From contig OZ024749.1 of assembly GCA_964016885.1 (NCBI GenBank), positions 52,948,001 through 53,012,000 on the forward strand: a DNA stretch of 64,000 nucleotides, read 5' to 3'. Below, piece by piece: positions 12,260 through 26,027 of this stretch. The notes under the pieces were generated by a model that was not told where the DNA came from, did no database searches, and was given only the letters and a program-made list of their open reading frames with translations. The stretch comes from Eledone cirrhosa (taxonomy: Eukaryota). How positions within the stretch are numbered: the stretch's first letter is position 1; each line of letters starts with the position of its first letter. The position numbers and the translations under genes are program-made.

Positions 12260-13991
12260 AGTCCCGAGTTCATTCAAGGGTAACCACAGTAAGTAATGTA
12301 CTCAATACATTAATAGAGTGTATGCAACAAATTTAATATAGAAATGGCTACTACAGGACTAGAATAGTTCCATTTGAATGGAATAGTTCTAGTCCTGTAG
12401 AAGCCATTTCTATATTAAATTTGTTGTATATATATACATAAATAATTACAACAGTGACATAAACAGGTACTCAAGTTTCGTTGGGTTCTGGGCCCCGCCA
12501 TTATATATATATAATGGCGGTGCCCCAGATGTTGCCTGAGACATGTAATAGAGAGTATTATATATATATAATGTCTAGCTCTACACCTCGATACCGACGT
12601 GAACCTACAGTAACTCCGCGTTACACTCCCTGGATATATATATAATGTCAGTGCCCCAGCATGGCCTCACCCTGTTGGCTGGAACACATAATAGAGATAG
12701 ATATATAAATAATGGAAGTATGTTATATCGTAAAGAAACAAACACTATTTGATATATATATATATATAAAACTTTTATTTCTCTGAGTTTTACATACGCT
12801 TTCTTTAAAAGAAAGTAAAATATTCAAAGTTCTTAGCAGTTTTACAATCACTAATGCCACCAGATAGTGTTACCTTTCTTTCAATCCTAATTCCATCATG
12901 AAGAGGTAGTGAAGTGGTTCTGTGTAGTGGGTATGGCTGGCAGAAAACTGGCAATTTATATATATATAATTCAATATCCCCATTTTCTTAAATGTAAATG
13001 CAATTTTAATAACAAAAAAAAAATATTTAAAAAAAAATCAGTGAACAAACTCTTGAAAGTATATTGCTCATAAAGTGATTCTGAAGTTAATTTTCAACTA
13101 AAATATTTCAATGAGTGGAAGGCAATAGTAATGAAATAATAAACCTGCAATATGGTCGTGATATCAAGTTGAGAAAAGCGAACGAAAGAAATATATTTCT
13201 AAAAACGAATATCTTCATTGATGATTTCTCTTCTAATGTGAAGAAAATTATCTTAGACATTTGGACTTGGGAGTTTTTCTGAGTTTTTCTTCATGTATTC
13301 CTGTATTCACATTATGTGTTTAGTGCATGGCCTCATCCTTCACATTTAGAAATAGTTGCCATGAAATTGTGTAAGGCCAGGGCTATCTCCTTAACAATTA
13401 GAAATAGCTGTCATTAAGTTGTGACAGTGCAGGGTCTCTTCCTTAACAATTAGAAATAGTTGTCATCAAGTTGTGACAGTGTTGGGCCATCTCCTTAACA
13501 ATTTAGAAACAGTTGTCATCAAGTTGTGACAGAGGTCACGAATGAATCAAATATTCTTGCTAAGGAAAAAAAAAAATGTATTGTTTTTTATATTATTAAA
13601 AAAAAAGGCTCGGATGTTGGATCTCGGATCATATGGGGGTAAATTGTTTTCTTGGACAGTTGTCAATCTGACAAAATTGTGCTTAATATGCCAGTAAAAG
13701 AACATGTCACGAAATGGAATATAAGTTTTTAACAAATAGTTAACTGCTAATATACCAAGTTAAAAATATTCCTGCTTTTGCTTTGTTTTTTAAATTCTTC
13801 AATAGATGAAAAAGGCTTAAAATTTGATAAAAGTCTTTAAAAAATTATAATTTAGAATAATTCAACAGTTTAACAAATTTGCTTTGATAAGTGGCAGAGA
13901 TTGTTAGAGATCTTGGATGATGTTGTGGTGTTCATTCATAGTCGAAGGTTTCATAGTAAAACATTTCTTTCTTTATATATTTTATTTTATT

Positions 13992-14176
13992 TTATGAATG
14001 AATAGAATTAGCTGCATGTTCCACATTTTCTGTTTTATTTAAAAGCTTATCTTCTGGAGACTCTGACTGATCAACTGGGAGTTCTTTTAATTCTAGACCA
14101 TTATTTATTAACATTGGTTCTCGGTAGTCTTCGGGTTTAACAATTATTACGTCCACATTGGACGATTTGGCAGCAC
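13992..14176 (-). CDS. SLC16A10: SLC16A10-like probable terminal coding exon 6
   Basis: tttttttgtaatttag acceptor, phase 1. AAKSSNVDVIIVKPEDYREPMLINNGLELKELPVDQSESPEDKLLNKTENVEHAANSIHS*. Frame is consistent with exon 5. Confidence 0.55.
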
Positions 14177-14639
14177 CTAAATTACAAAAAAAGAATATTT
14201 ATTTACATAATTTAATGTTTTCAGGTGATATTCAAACAAAATGATAATTAGAATTAAAGAAATGGTAAAGATATTGGAACACAGGTAAATTAGGTGCAGG
14301 AGAGAGATATTGGAACACATACAAGTGTGGAAATTGGACGTTAAATGATGGTGGTGGTGATGATGCTGGTGGTGATCGTGATGATGATAATGATGATGGT
14401 GATGATGATGGTGGTGATGATGATGGTGGTGGTGCTGATGGTGCTGCTGATGATATGATGGTGGTGGTGGTGATCGTGATGAAGTTGATAATGATGATAG
14501 TAGTGATGATGATGATGATATTTTCAGGTTCAAGTTAATGTATTGAAATGCCTAACATCATTGACAACTCAGCTCTGTTAACTGAAACAACTAAATTAAA
14601 TTGTAGTAAATCAGGTGAAATAAGAAAAAGGATGTTTAC

Positions 14640-14715
14640 AATTTTCTTGTGGGGCCCTCATATCTGTTAAGGATACTGCAGCAAATTCATCTGTTTGGGT
14701 GACAGCAGGAAGGGT
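14640..14715 (-). CDS. SLC16A10: SLC16A10-like probable coding exon 5 (cytoplasmic tail)
   Basis: Strong polypyrimidine/ttttcag acceptor, phase 0. TLPAVTQTDEFAAVSLTDMRAPQEN. Weak GTAAAC donor; read-through would stop at TGA 14611-14613. Confidence 0.6.
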
Positions 14716-15129
14716 CTGAAAATAAAATAAGACATTTTAATGATTTATTTCTGACAAGAAAAAGAATCACAGGGTCATATCTTTTTAAACATTAACATGA
14801 AAAAACATTGGCTGAAAACTTCATAGGCTGACCAAGGTACTCTCATGGAATGACCAAATGAGGTTTATTTTTCGACATAATAACTGCAATGTTTCTTTCC
14901 AGGGACTAATAAGAAGTGTTGAAATTAATACTTGCAAGATTTCACAGCTCTAGCATCACTCCTTCATAGTCAGCCTCCTATGAACTTTTCAGCCCAACCC
15001 TCATAGAATAACTTGTAATTATGGAATCAATATTGTTGTAGTTATTGAATTAATATTGTTGTAATCATGGAATCAATATGGCTTAACCAGAGTGTCTTTA
15101 AATGTTTTACAAGTTATGAAATCACTTAA

Positions 15130-15351
15130 CCCTTTAGCATTTAAACCAACTGTATCCAGCCAGAATTCTCTTACCTCTTTCTGTTCAAACCAGCTGTAAC
15201 TGGTTACTCATACTGACGTTAAGGTATTGTTCTCAAAATAAATGACATCAAAATCTCATAGATTCAATATTATGTGAGATAATTATGTAAGGTAAAGCCT
15301 TTATCACAAACATTACAATAATAAATATGGAATAATGTAAATGCTAAAGGA
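15130..15351. mobile_element. piggyBac-like MITE, same family
   Basis: TTAA-CCCTTTAGCATTT ... AAATGCTAAAGGA-TTAA. Confidence 0.75.
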
Positions 15352-16071
15352 TTAAGACATAATTATCTCTCTCTCTCTCGTATTTGAGATGAACGCCCCC
15401 CCCCCCCCCCCCCTCCAACAAAAACGAACAAAAAACAATAATAATATCCAAACAAAAAACAAAACATATAAAAATAAATATCATATATATAAAAACAAAA
15501 TCTGAAATTGTTTTTATATAATAATTATTATTAAAGTGTTTATTTGAGGAAAACTATTATGCAAACATTTCTAATGGAAAACTTAGGCAAAGGAAGGAGG
15601 GAAGAACAAATTTGACCTAGTAGTGGCAAAACAACAACAACAACCAACAACAACAAGCAACAACAACAACAATGTAGAAAACCATTTCTTTGTTAAAGAC
15701 ATTAAATAAATAGTAAGGAAGGTGGATGGGAGGTCAAATATGAACTGGATTACAAGTAATCTACCAAATGTGAAACTAAAAGTATCTAAACTGAAACAAG
15801 GTATTGGTAATGCAATAGTTAATACCGTCAGGAACTTCAAACATTAGCTCTTTTCTGGAACAAACAAACAAAATGAAAGACTAAGAAGAATCCATTGAAT
15901 TATTAAAATTGAATTTTTTTAGAAATTTGTATTTTTATGTCGGGGAAAAATATAAAAAAAATGGATTGATTTTAAACCTTTGTATACATTATATATCTTA
16001 TAATTTATTATAGTAATTCCCAATATAGAGCGCACACCCCACAGGAATGGGGGAGCAATTTGAATATTTAA

Positions 16072-17082
16072 TCCTTTAGCATTTAAACTGGCCATATCCA
16101 GCCAGAATTCTCTCACCTCTTTCTGTTCAAACTGGCCATAACCAGCTGCTCATAATGATTTTAATGTATTGTTTTCAAAATATATAATATCAAAATCTCA
16201 TAGATTCAATATCATGTGATAATTATATGAGATAAAGACCTTACCATGAAAATACAATAGTAAATATAGAGTAATGTAAATGTTATGTGAGATATTATGT
16301 GGGGTAAAGCCTTTACAATGAAAATACAATAGTATATATATAGAGTAATGTAAATGTTATGAGATATTATGAGGTTAAGCCTTTACTGTGGAGATACAAT
16401 AGTATATATATAGAGTAATGTAAATGGTATGAGAGATATTATGTGAGGTTAAGCCTTTACTGTGGAGACACAATAGTAAATCTAGAGTAATGTAAATGGT
16501 ATGAGAGATATTATGTGAGGTAAAGCCTTTACTGTGGAGACACAATAGTAAATCTAGAGTAATGTAAATGGTATGAGAGATATTATGTGAGGTAAAGCCT
16601 TTACTGTGGAGACAATAGTAAATCTAGAGTAATGTAAATGGTATGAGAGATATTATGTGAGGTTAAGCCTTTACTGTGACAATACAATAGTATATATAGA
16701 GTAATGTAAATGGTATGAGAGATATTATGTGAGGTTAAGCCTTTACTGTGAAAATACAATAGTATATATAGAGTAATGTAAATGGTGTGAGAGATATTAT
16801 GTGAGGTTAAGCCTTTACTGTGGAGACACAATAGTAAATCTAGAGTAATGTAAATGGTATGAGAGATATTATGTGAGGTTAAGCCTTTACTGTGACAATA
16901 CAATAGTATATATAGAGTAATGTAAATGGTGTGAGAGATATTATGTGAGGTTAAGCCTTTACTGTGGAGACACAATAGTAAATCTAGAGTAATGTAAATG
17001 GTATGAGAGATATTATGTGAGGTAAAGCCTTTACTGTGGAGATACAATAGTATATATATAGAGTAATGTAAATGGTAAAGGG
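16072..17082. mobile_element. piggyBac-like MITE with an internal ~60-bp tandem array
   Basis: TTAA-TCCTTTAGCATTT ... AAATGGTAAAGGG-TTAA. The subterminal 60-bp unit is amplified about 14 times. Confidence 0.75.
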
Positions 17083-17288
17083 TTAAACTTATTCCAATAT
17101 TATGACTAACTTGTATAATCCACTCCTATAAATTGACTGGAGTACAAACACACTTTAGTGGCTAACTTTACCTAAACATTTCACAGTGTTTAAATTATTA
17201 AACCAAACATTACATATGTTTTAGAATTATACAACAGAAAATAGAATATAAAAACGTGTAATTGTTACAAAAATATAAAAGGTGCTGG

Positions 17289-17568
17289 CAGAGGCGTAAT
17301 TAGGGTGTGGCAAGCATGGTATGTGCCATGGGTGCCACTTGGACTAGGAGCAGGTTCTATTAAAGTCAAATAAGCCTTGTCAGAAAGTGAAAAAGAAACT
17401 CCTTCAGATGTATGACCTGTCTCTATCATGGCTGAGAAACACTATGGTGGCTGGATCATTAAACCATTCATATAAATTATTAGGCCCATAGGTAAACATA
17501 CAGTGCTGGGTAGGGGGGCACAATTTCACTGCTTGCCATACGGGCTATTTTCCCTAGTTATGCCTCTG
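17289..17568. mobile_element. hAT-like MITE
   Basis: TIRs CAGAGGCGTAATTAGGG / CCCTAGTTATGCCTCTG. 8-bp TSD GGTGCTGG / GGTGCAGG. Confidence 0.7.
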
Positions 17569-17600
17569 GGTGCAGGAATTTAGTTTAACGACAAGTAGAA

Positions 17601-17792
17601 ATAATTGTTTCTACTTTTGGCACAAGCCAGCAATTACCCAGTGCATGACCGGTACTTTATTTTATCGACCCCGTAAGGATGAAAGGCAAAGTTAACCTCG
17701 GCGGGATTTGAACTCAGAATGGCAAGGACCGTAACTCTATGCGTCAAAGCATGGCGTCCGACCCTCTACCGATACTGCCAATCCACTGCCCT
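17601..17792 (-). mobile_element. tRNA-derived SINE, family B. Further copies or fragments at about 24-175, 2050-2130, 5840-5945, 17905-18055, 19846-19965, 21083-21410, 28060-28170, 29485-29670, 37488-37670, 37690-37812 and 45335-45445
   Basis: Recurring core ggtactttattttatcgaccccgtaaggatgaaaggcaaagttaacctcggcgggatttgaactcag (B box GAGTTCAAATC on the minus strand). Confidence 0.8.
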
Positions 17793-18378
17793 TATATATA
17801 TATAGTGCCAATGAAATAATGTAGGGTATAATATGTTGTGTGTTCTTGAAGTGGGAAGCTTTGGAAGATATGGGGGGGGGGGGTAAGTGGTGAAGAATGA
17901 CTACAAGTAGAAATTATTGTTTCTGGTTGAGACAAAAATCCAACAAACTTTGAAGGGAGAGGGGAAAGTCGATTAAATCAATCTCAGTATGTTACTGGTA
18001 CTTTATTTTCTCGACCCCTGTAAAGATGAAAGGCAAAGCTAACCAAATATGGAATTTAATGAATAAGATGGGGGTCAATGTGACTTGTTTGGTCTCAGAC
18101 CATGACAACCCATCCAACCCACATCAGTGTGGAAAGTGGATGTAAGATGGTGATGATGGAGGTGGTGGTGGTGATGATGAAGGTGGTGGTGGTGGTGATG
18201 AAAGTGGTGGTGGTGGTGACCTGATTAGGTTCAGATCTCAGATTTAATGAGAGACAGAAAAGTATGTATATATATATATATAGCATCATCATCATCATCA
18301 TCACTGTTTAATGTCTATTTTCCATGCTTGTATTGTTTTGACAAGCTGTCATATGATGAGGCTAACCACATCTTACTC

Positions 18379-18453
<75 letters not shown>

Positions 18454-18531
18454 CATCATCATCGTTTAATGTGCATTTTCCTGTCTTACCCATGCTAGCA
18501 TGGAAAATGGTCATCAAACGATGATGATGAT

Positions 18532-18587
<56 letters not shown>

Positions 18588-18599
18588 ATCATCATCATC

Positions 18600-18847
18600 A
18601 GAGGAGACTGAGGTTAGCTGGACATGCTCACCGACATCCAGAGTTGACACTGCACTCAGTGCTCCTGTGGGATCCCCTACATGAACACACTGGAAGAGGA
18701 AGACCAAGGTTAACATATGTTGATGCCCTAAGGACAGACACTAGTCTGTTGGAGACGCAGGACATGGCAGCGATAATGAGGGACAGAGACTGCTGGAGAG
18801 AACTCGTCCATGGATCTCGGGAATTTTACCCGCCCTAGAAAAAAAAG
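18600..18847 (+). mobile_element. RTE-like LINE 3' fragment
   Basis: RRLRLAGHAHRHPE...GRGRPRLTYVDAL...RDCWR*. Confidence 0.7.
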
Positions 18848-18989
18848 AATATATCTTGTTTGGTTTGTTGATATTTAAAAGTCATTTTAGACCAGTGTGT
18901 GACTAACAAATCATACGACAAATCTGGCTCATGACTACGTCTGCTGCAATGATGTTTGTGTAATTTGAACCGAATATATACACAATATT

Positions 18990-19025
<36 letters not shown>

Positions 19026-21479
19026 GTGACGTTAAGCCAGCCTAAGAAAATCAAATTGATACGTCCAGGGCGTATTACTGGGTTTGTGTGCTTTTGCCTT
19101 TCAGTGTGTGTATGTCTATATATATACACACACAGACATATATAGATATATACAAACACACACACACATATATATACATACATGGTGTTCCAAAAAACAT
19201 ACACACTTTGATTACCTGTACAAGCAATATTTATTAGAATGCTGTTGAATTGTGTATACATTTTTGAGACACCCTGCATATATATATATATATATATATA
19301 CATTTTATTAAGGCTAAATAGTGAGTCTTGTTACTGTGGAGTTTCGTCTGGTTCTCACAGGGTTTTATATATAATTTACAGACAAGCCAAGATGAAATTT
19401 CAGACATTATGTCTTACACATGTTTCTACAGGAAATAAATAGCTTATTTTTATATCTTTATAATTATATATTCATTATTATATAATGAGCTGAGGGAGAA
19501 ACTGGGTTTAAGAGGAATCTGAGGTGGTATGCAGGAAAGAAGCCTGTGTTGATATGGACATGTGATGGACATGTGATGCACATGGATGATAATAACTGGG
19601 TGAAGAAGTGCCAAGAAATGCCAGAGGAAGCTGCAGTTGAGGAAGACTGAGAAAGATCTGGAAGAGGTTGTGAGAGCTGATCTCAGATCACTGAGACTCA
19701 CAGAGGAGATGATGAAGAAACATGGCAAATGGAGTGAAGAGATGTCGTGCTGAGAAGGACCTGTCCAACCCATGCAGGCGTGGGAAAAAAAAATCAATGA
19801 AGCTGATGGTGGTGATGAAAATGTATTTCCATTGGTATTTGAGAACAATGGTTTCTTATATAGGCACAAGGCCAGCAATTTTGGGGAAGGGGAAAGTCGA
19901 TTAAATCGACCCCAGTGTGTTACTGGTACTTTATTTTATCAACCCTGTAAGGATGAAAGGCAAAGTAATAATAATAATAATAAAAATAGCAGACAACATC
20001 GATGTTTCTTGTTTCTAGAAAACAACCATTGTGTAATGGAAATTTAAATAACAAACTTTCTACATAAAACAGTGATACAACATGCAAAATTAAGCAGCAA
20101 CTGAACTAAATAACACAACTAAACTAACTGATTATAACAACAACAACAATAATAATAATAACACAAGCTACACTAATCAACGAAGGGATTTACATACATC
20201 CACCATCTGAACTTCCATATTAGGTAATTCGTCTGAGTGCTGTTTGGAGAGAGAGAGAAAACAGAAACAAAAATACAAACTTCGATGAATATGGAAATTT
20301 AAGAAGCTGACATGACAAACTGAGGTTTATTCTGGTCAATTGTTATCTCAACAACAGCCAATGTTGCTGACACATGGTAGAGTACTGCCAGAACTGAAAC
20401 ACAGCTTGATACTTTCCAACAAAGATGCTGCAGAAAAGATAACTAATAGATTATAGAAAAACAGTTTAATGCCCATTAAATGTGTGAGAGAGAAAACAGT
20501 TTGGTCTGGTGGGGGAAACCCCCACCAAAAAAAGACATATATATAACTTATTCTACTGTTGACTAATAAATTGTCTAAAAACTGTTTACTGTCTAGTAAA
20601 TGTGTGAGAGAGAAAACAGTTTGGCCTGGTAGCAGAAAAAACAAACAAAAAGAACATATATATAACTTATTCTGCTGTTGACTAATATATTGTGTAAAAA
20701 ACTGTTTACTGTCCAGTGAATGTGTGAGAGAAAACAGTTTGGTCTGGTGGAAAAAAAAAACTATTACAACAACACTATTACCACCACTGCCAGTAAAACA
20801 CACACATAGATAAATCCATGCATACAGACGTCGGGCTTTTACAGAGACCCCATCTACCAAAATCATTGAAGAGGCATTGGCTGGCTTCAGGCTACAGTGG
20901 AATACCCATGCCAAAGAAGCTGCCATGCAATAGAACTGAACCTAGAACTACATGCTTTAAAAGCCAAATTCTAAACCACACGGCCATATTGTAAATATCT
21001 TAAACTGCCACTGGTATTAGTAACTTTACTAGTCTGAGAAGTCAGTAGTTTTGGTAAAATCTCTAATTAAACAGTGACTATTAATAATTGTTTCTACTTT
21101 AGGCACAAGGCCAGCAATTACCCAGTGCATTACTGGTACTTTATTTTATCGACCCCGTAAGGATGAAAGGCAAAGTCAACATCGGCGGGTATTAATAATG
21201 GTCTCTAAACATTTAGGTACGAGGCCAGCAATTTGAAGGGGAGGAGAAAAAGTTGAACAAATCGACCTCAGTGCGTTACTGGTACTTTATTTTATCGACT
21301 GACCTTGAAAGAACGAAAGGCAAAGCTGACCTTGGCATTATTTGAACTCAGAACCTAAAGGGTTGTAACTATATGTCACAAAGCACGTCTGGCGCTCAGC
21401 CGATTCTGCCAATAGCAAAGATTATTGGGGTCTTTTATTCAGTGTGTTTAGTGTATTTATTACACAAACATATACACCT

Positions 21480-22105
21480 GCACACTATACATGTATAGTG
21501 TGTGTGTGTATACACACACACACTATACATGTATAGTGTGTGTAAGTATACTCACACACACTATACATGTATAGTGTGTGTGTAAGTATACTTACACACA
21601 CACTATACATGTATAGTGTGTGTGTAAGTATACTTACACACACACTATACATGTATAGTGTGTGTGTAAGTATACTTACACACACACTATACATGTATAG
21701 TGTGTGTAAGTATACTCACACACACTATACATGTATAGTGTGTGTAAGTATACTCACACACACTATACATGTATAGTGTGTGTGTGTGTATACCTACACA
21801 CACTATACATGTATAGTGTGTGTGTGTGTATACTCACACACACTATACATGTATAGTGTGTGTAAGTATACTTACACACACACACTATACATGTATAGTG
21901 TGTGTGTGTATACTTACACACACTATACATGTATAGTGTGTGTGAGTATACTTACACACACTATATATGTATAGTGTGTGAGTATACTTACACACACTAT
22001 ACATGTATAGTGTGTGTAAGTATACTTACACACACACTATACATGTATAGTGTGTGTCTAAGTATACACACACACACTATACATGTATAGTGTGTGTGTG
22101 TATAC
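21480..22105. repeat. Self-complementary minisatellite (cacacactatacatgtatagtgtgtg / taagtatactta)
   Basis: Each unit is built from two palindromes. Confidence 0.9.
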
Positions 22106-22472
22106 ACATACACCCACAAGAATACATTTCTATAAATACATGTAGATATGTATATACAGCAGACATACAAATATGTGTGTGAGTGAGTCTATGTCTGTGT
22201 GTCTATATGTCTATCTATGACTGTGTATCTACACACATAAAAATACATATACAAATACATGCAGACACATCTATATACAACATATATAAACCACACACAC
22301 ATATATATGTATAAGTATATATATATATATACACACACATGTATATATGTATATATATATACACACATACATGTATATATATATCATCATCATTTAACGT
22401 CTATCTTCCACGATAAACGATGATGATATATATATACACACACATGCATATATATATACACATGCATATATA

Positions 22473-22811
22473 TGGAGGCAATGGCTTAGTGGTTAGAGCA
22501 TTGGCCTTGCAATCGAAAGGTTGTGAGTTCAATTCTCAGACCGGGTGATGTGTTGTTTCCTTGAGCAAGACACTTTATTTCACATTGCTCCAGTTTACTC
22601 AGCTGTAGAAATGAGATGATAGGGACTGGGGTCTCTATCATTCCACTGCAAAGTGGTCGTGGAGGTGCCACGGCAAAAAAGCACCCAGCACTCACTGTAA
22701 ATGAGGTTGGTGTTAGGAAGGGCATCCAGCCGTAGAAATCAAGCCAGAATCAGTTCCCGTCCCACCCTTGCAAGCAGGGAAATGCGGACGTAAAATGATG
22801 ATGATGATGAT
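22473..22811 (+). mobile_element. tRNA-derived SINE, family A (RTE-LINE-like 3' tail)
   Basis: A box TGGCTTAGTGG, B box GAGTTCAATTC, central ccttgagcaagacacttt domain. The 3' end cccacccttgcaagcaggg...(ATG)n is shared with the LINE ends at 48090 and 25945. Confidence 0.85.
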
Positions 22812-23119
22812 ATATATATATATACATTTATATATATTTATATATATATATTTATACATATTTATATATATATATATATATATTTGTGTTGCAATCAATT
22901 AATCTGGTGAACTGTTATAGCAGCTTTACTGCTGTATTATGCTAAGCCATCATATTAACTGGTATTTCAATATTTCTTACGTAACTCCTCTGTGTATATA
23001 ACTCATACAATCTTTACTTTCCTGTGTACTGGCAGTATCGGTAGAGGGTCGGACGCCATGTTTTTCACCATAGAGTTACACCCCTTTACAGTCTGAGTTC
23101 AAATCGAACAGAGGTTATG

Positions 23120-23575
23120 CCAGGGTATATAAGTATATTCAATAGACTGGCAGTGTATATATATATAAAATATATACCAAGGTATATAAGTATATTCAAT
23201 AGACTGGCAGTGTATATATATATGAAATATATACCAAGGTATATAAGTATATTCAATAGACTGGCAGTGTATATATATATATATAAAATATATACCAAGG
23301 TATATAAGTATATTCAATAGACTGGCAGTGTATATATATATGAAATATATACCAAGGTATATAAGTATATTCAATAGACTGGCAGTGTATATATATATAT
23401 ATATATAAAATATATACCAGTGTATATAAGTATATTCAATAGACTAGCAGTGTATATATATATAAAATATATACCATGGTATATAAGTAAATTCAATAGA
23501 CTGGCAGTGTATATATATAAAAGATACACCAGGGTATATAAATATTATTCAATGGACTGTAGTGTATATATATAA
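23120..23575. repeat. ~55-bp minisatellite next to the SLC16 exon 4 donor
   Basis: ggtatataagtatattcaatagactggcagtg(ta)n repeated. Confidence 0.9.
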
Positions 23576-23601
23576 AAGGTGTGAAATAAAACTCAACTTA
23601 C

Positions 23602-23708
23602 CTGAGTTATTTTTGGTATGAAAAACATGATAAGAGATCCTAAAATAGGCGGCGTACCGGCAATATGAAATGCAATGTTGTAGTTCTTCATTTTATCATA
23701 TAATAAAC
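23602..23708 (-). CDS. SLC16A10: SLC16A10-like coding exon 4 (absent from the ORF track)
   Basis: ttttag acceptor. GLLYDKMKNYNIAFHIAGTPPILGSLIMFFIPKITQ (TM12 region). CAG|GTAAGT donor. Confidence 0.9.
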
Positions 23709-23804
23709 CTAAAATAAAGGAACATATGGACTGGGATTAACTGTTTTGGTACCAAACTGACCAAAAACACCTCAGGTTCTATGAAACAAAACCAACAACT
23801 TTAA

Positions 23805-24012
23805 CCCTTTAGCATTTACATTAATCTATATTTACTGTTATATTTTTGTGGTAAAGGATTTATCTCACATAATATCGAATCTACGGGATTTTAATATTAT
23901 CTATTTTGAGAACAATACCTTAACATCAGTATGGGTAGCCAGTTACGGCTAGTTTGAACTGAAAGAGGTGAGAGAATTCTAGTCAGATACGGTTGGTTTA
24001 AAAGCTAAAGGG
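23805..24012. mobile_element. piggyBac-like MITE, same family
   Basis: TTAA-CCCTTTAGCATTT ... AAAGCTAAAGGG-TTAG. Confidence 0.7.
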
Positions 24013-24116
24013 TTAGAGAGTTTCTATTTAAATTTAAACCTTTTTAAAATTTTACTTTTGTTAAGTTATGTTACAAATACAATATAACTATATATATCTA
24101 CATCTCTCTATATATA

Positions 24117-24185
<69 letters not shown>

Positions 24186-24216
24186 ACATCTATATATAAC
24201 TATATCTATCTACATC

Positions 24217-24249
<33 letters not shown>

Positions 24250-24643
24250 CTATATCTATCTACATCTATATATATATATAACTATATCTATCTACATCTA
24301 TATATATATATATATATATAACTATATCTATATATATATATATATAACTATATCTATATATATATATATATAACTATATCTATCTACATCTATATATATA
24401 TAACTATATCTATCTACATCTATATATATATATATATAACTATATCTATCTACATCTATATATATATATATATAACTATAAATATATATATATAACTATA
24501 AATATATATATATAACTATATAAATATATATATATAACTATATAAATATATATATATAACTATATAAATATATATATATAACTATAACTATATATATATA
24601 ACTATAACTATATATATAACTATATATATATATATATAACTAT

Positions 24644-24679
<36 letters not shown>

Positions 24680-24898
24680 CTATATATATATATAACTATA
24701 TATATATAACTATATATATATATAACTATATATCTACATCTATATATATAACTATATATAGATGTAGATATATAGGTTTTAAAATCCAAATTCAATAAAC
24801 AAACCAGGATTTTTTCATTCTGAGGATTGAAAGCAAAACCTTTTGCTTTTAAGAAACCACTGGTAAATGGAATAATTGCCTCATTTTGTTTATTACAT

Positions 24899-24960
<62 letters not shown>

Positions 24961-25421
24961 ACATCTATATATATATATATAACTATATATATATATATAA
25001 CTATATATATATATAATTATATATATATATATCTACATATATATATGTAATTATATATATATATATATCTACATATATATGTAATTATATATATATATAT
25101 ATCTACATCTATATAACTATATATATATATATATACACACAACTATATATATATAACTATATATATATATATATATTTATATATAACTATATATATATAT
25201 ATATATCTACATATATATATATATCTACATATATATATATATATCTACATATATATATATATATCTACATATATATATATATATCTACATATATATATAT
25301 ATATCTACATATATATATATATATATCTACATATATATATATATATATCTACATATATATATATATATCTACATATATATATATAACTATATATATATAT
25401 ATATCTACATATATATATATA

Positions 25422-25460
<39 letters not shown>

Positions 25461-25575
25461 ACATCTATATATATATATCTACATCTATATATATATATAT
25501 ATATCTACATCTATATTTATATATCTATATATATCTACATCTATATAACTATATATATCTATCTATCTACATCTA

Positions 25576-25621
<46 letters not shown>

Positions 25622-25663
25622 AGAAAAAAAGAGAGTCAGTGTTGCGACGAATGGAATTTATTG

Positions 25664-25759
25664 GACATATTACAATCGTTTCTCTGATGACCAGCTCGAG
25701 ACACGATCGATGTGATGATCGAACCTGACTCTGAAAATCGCAAGGTCCTCAGACACGTC
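25664..25759 (-). ncRNA. Hammerhead motif with an extended (~63-nt) domain II
   Basis: gacgtgt CTGAGGA [63 nt] GAA ACGATTGT A atatgtc, followed by AATAAA. Homologous to 47446-47538. Confidence 0.55.
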
Positions 25760-26027
25760 TTGATTATACGAAGCAGATTTTCCTATATATATAATATATA
25801 TATATGGAAGACGCAGTAGAGAAAGAACATCAAAAACATGGGCAGAGGTGGTGAGAGCGGACCTCAGATTGCTGAAGCTCACAGAGGAAGGAGATGATGA
25901 AGGACCGTGACGAATGGAGAGATGCTGTGCTGAAGAGGACCCGTCCCACCCTTGCAAGCAAGGAAAAGCAAGCGTAAAATGATGACGATGATGATGATGA
26001 TGATGATGATATAATATGTCAACTCAC

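Noticed and set aside
9200-13900. Divergent partner gene at the ERCC8 promoter (as with NDUFAF2 in human)
   Set aside because: No plus-strand coding exons are recognisable; the region is repeats plus the probable SLC16 3' UTR.
14177-14533. Poly-His ORF
   Set aside because: A (CAT/CAC)n trinucleotide repeat within the predicted SLC16 intron 5.
16200-17082. Regularly spaced repeats resembling a CRISPR array (also 23120-23575 and 28705-29118)
   Set aside because: Head-to-tail tandem units without unique spacers, a eukaryotic context and no cas genes.
19325-19410. Further hammerhead-like GAAAC...GTA/GTC fragments (also near 4185, 6503 and 12470)
   Set aside because: No recognisable CUGANGA box or convincing helices; cannot be distinguished from chance.
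22473-22545. tRNA-like sequence
   Set aside because: It is a SINE head: A and B boxes are present, but there is no proper acceptor stem and it is always fused to the same body.
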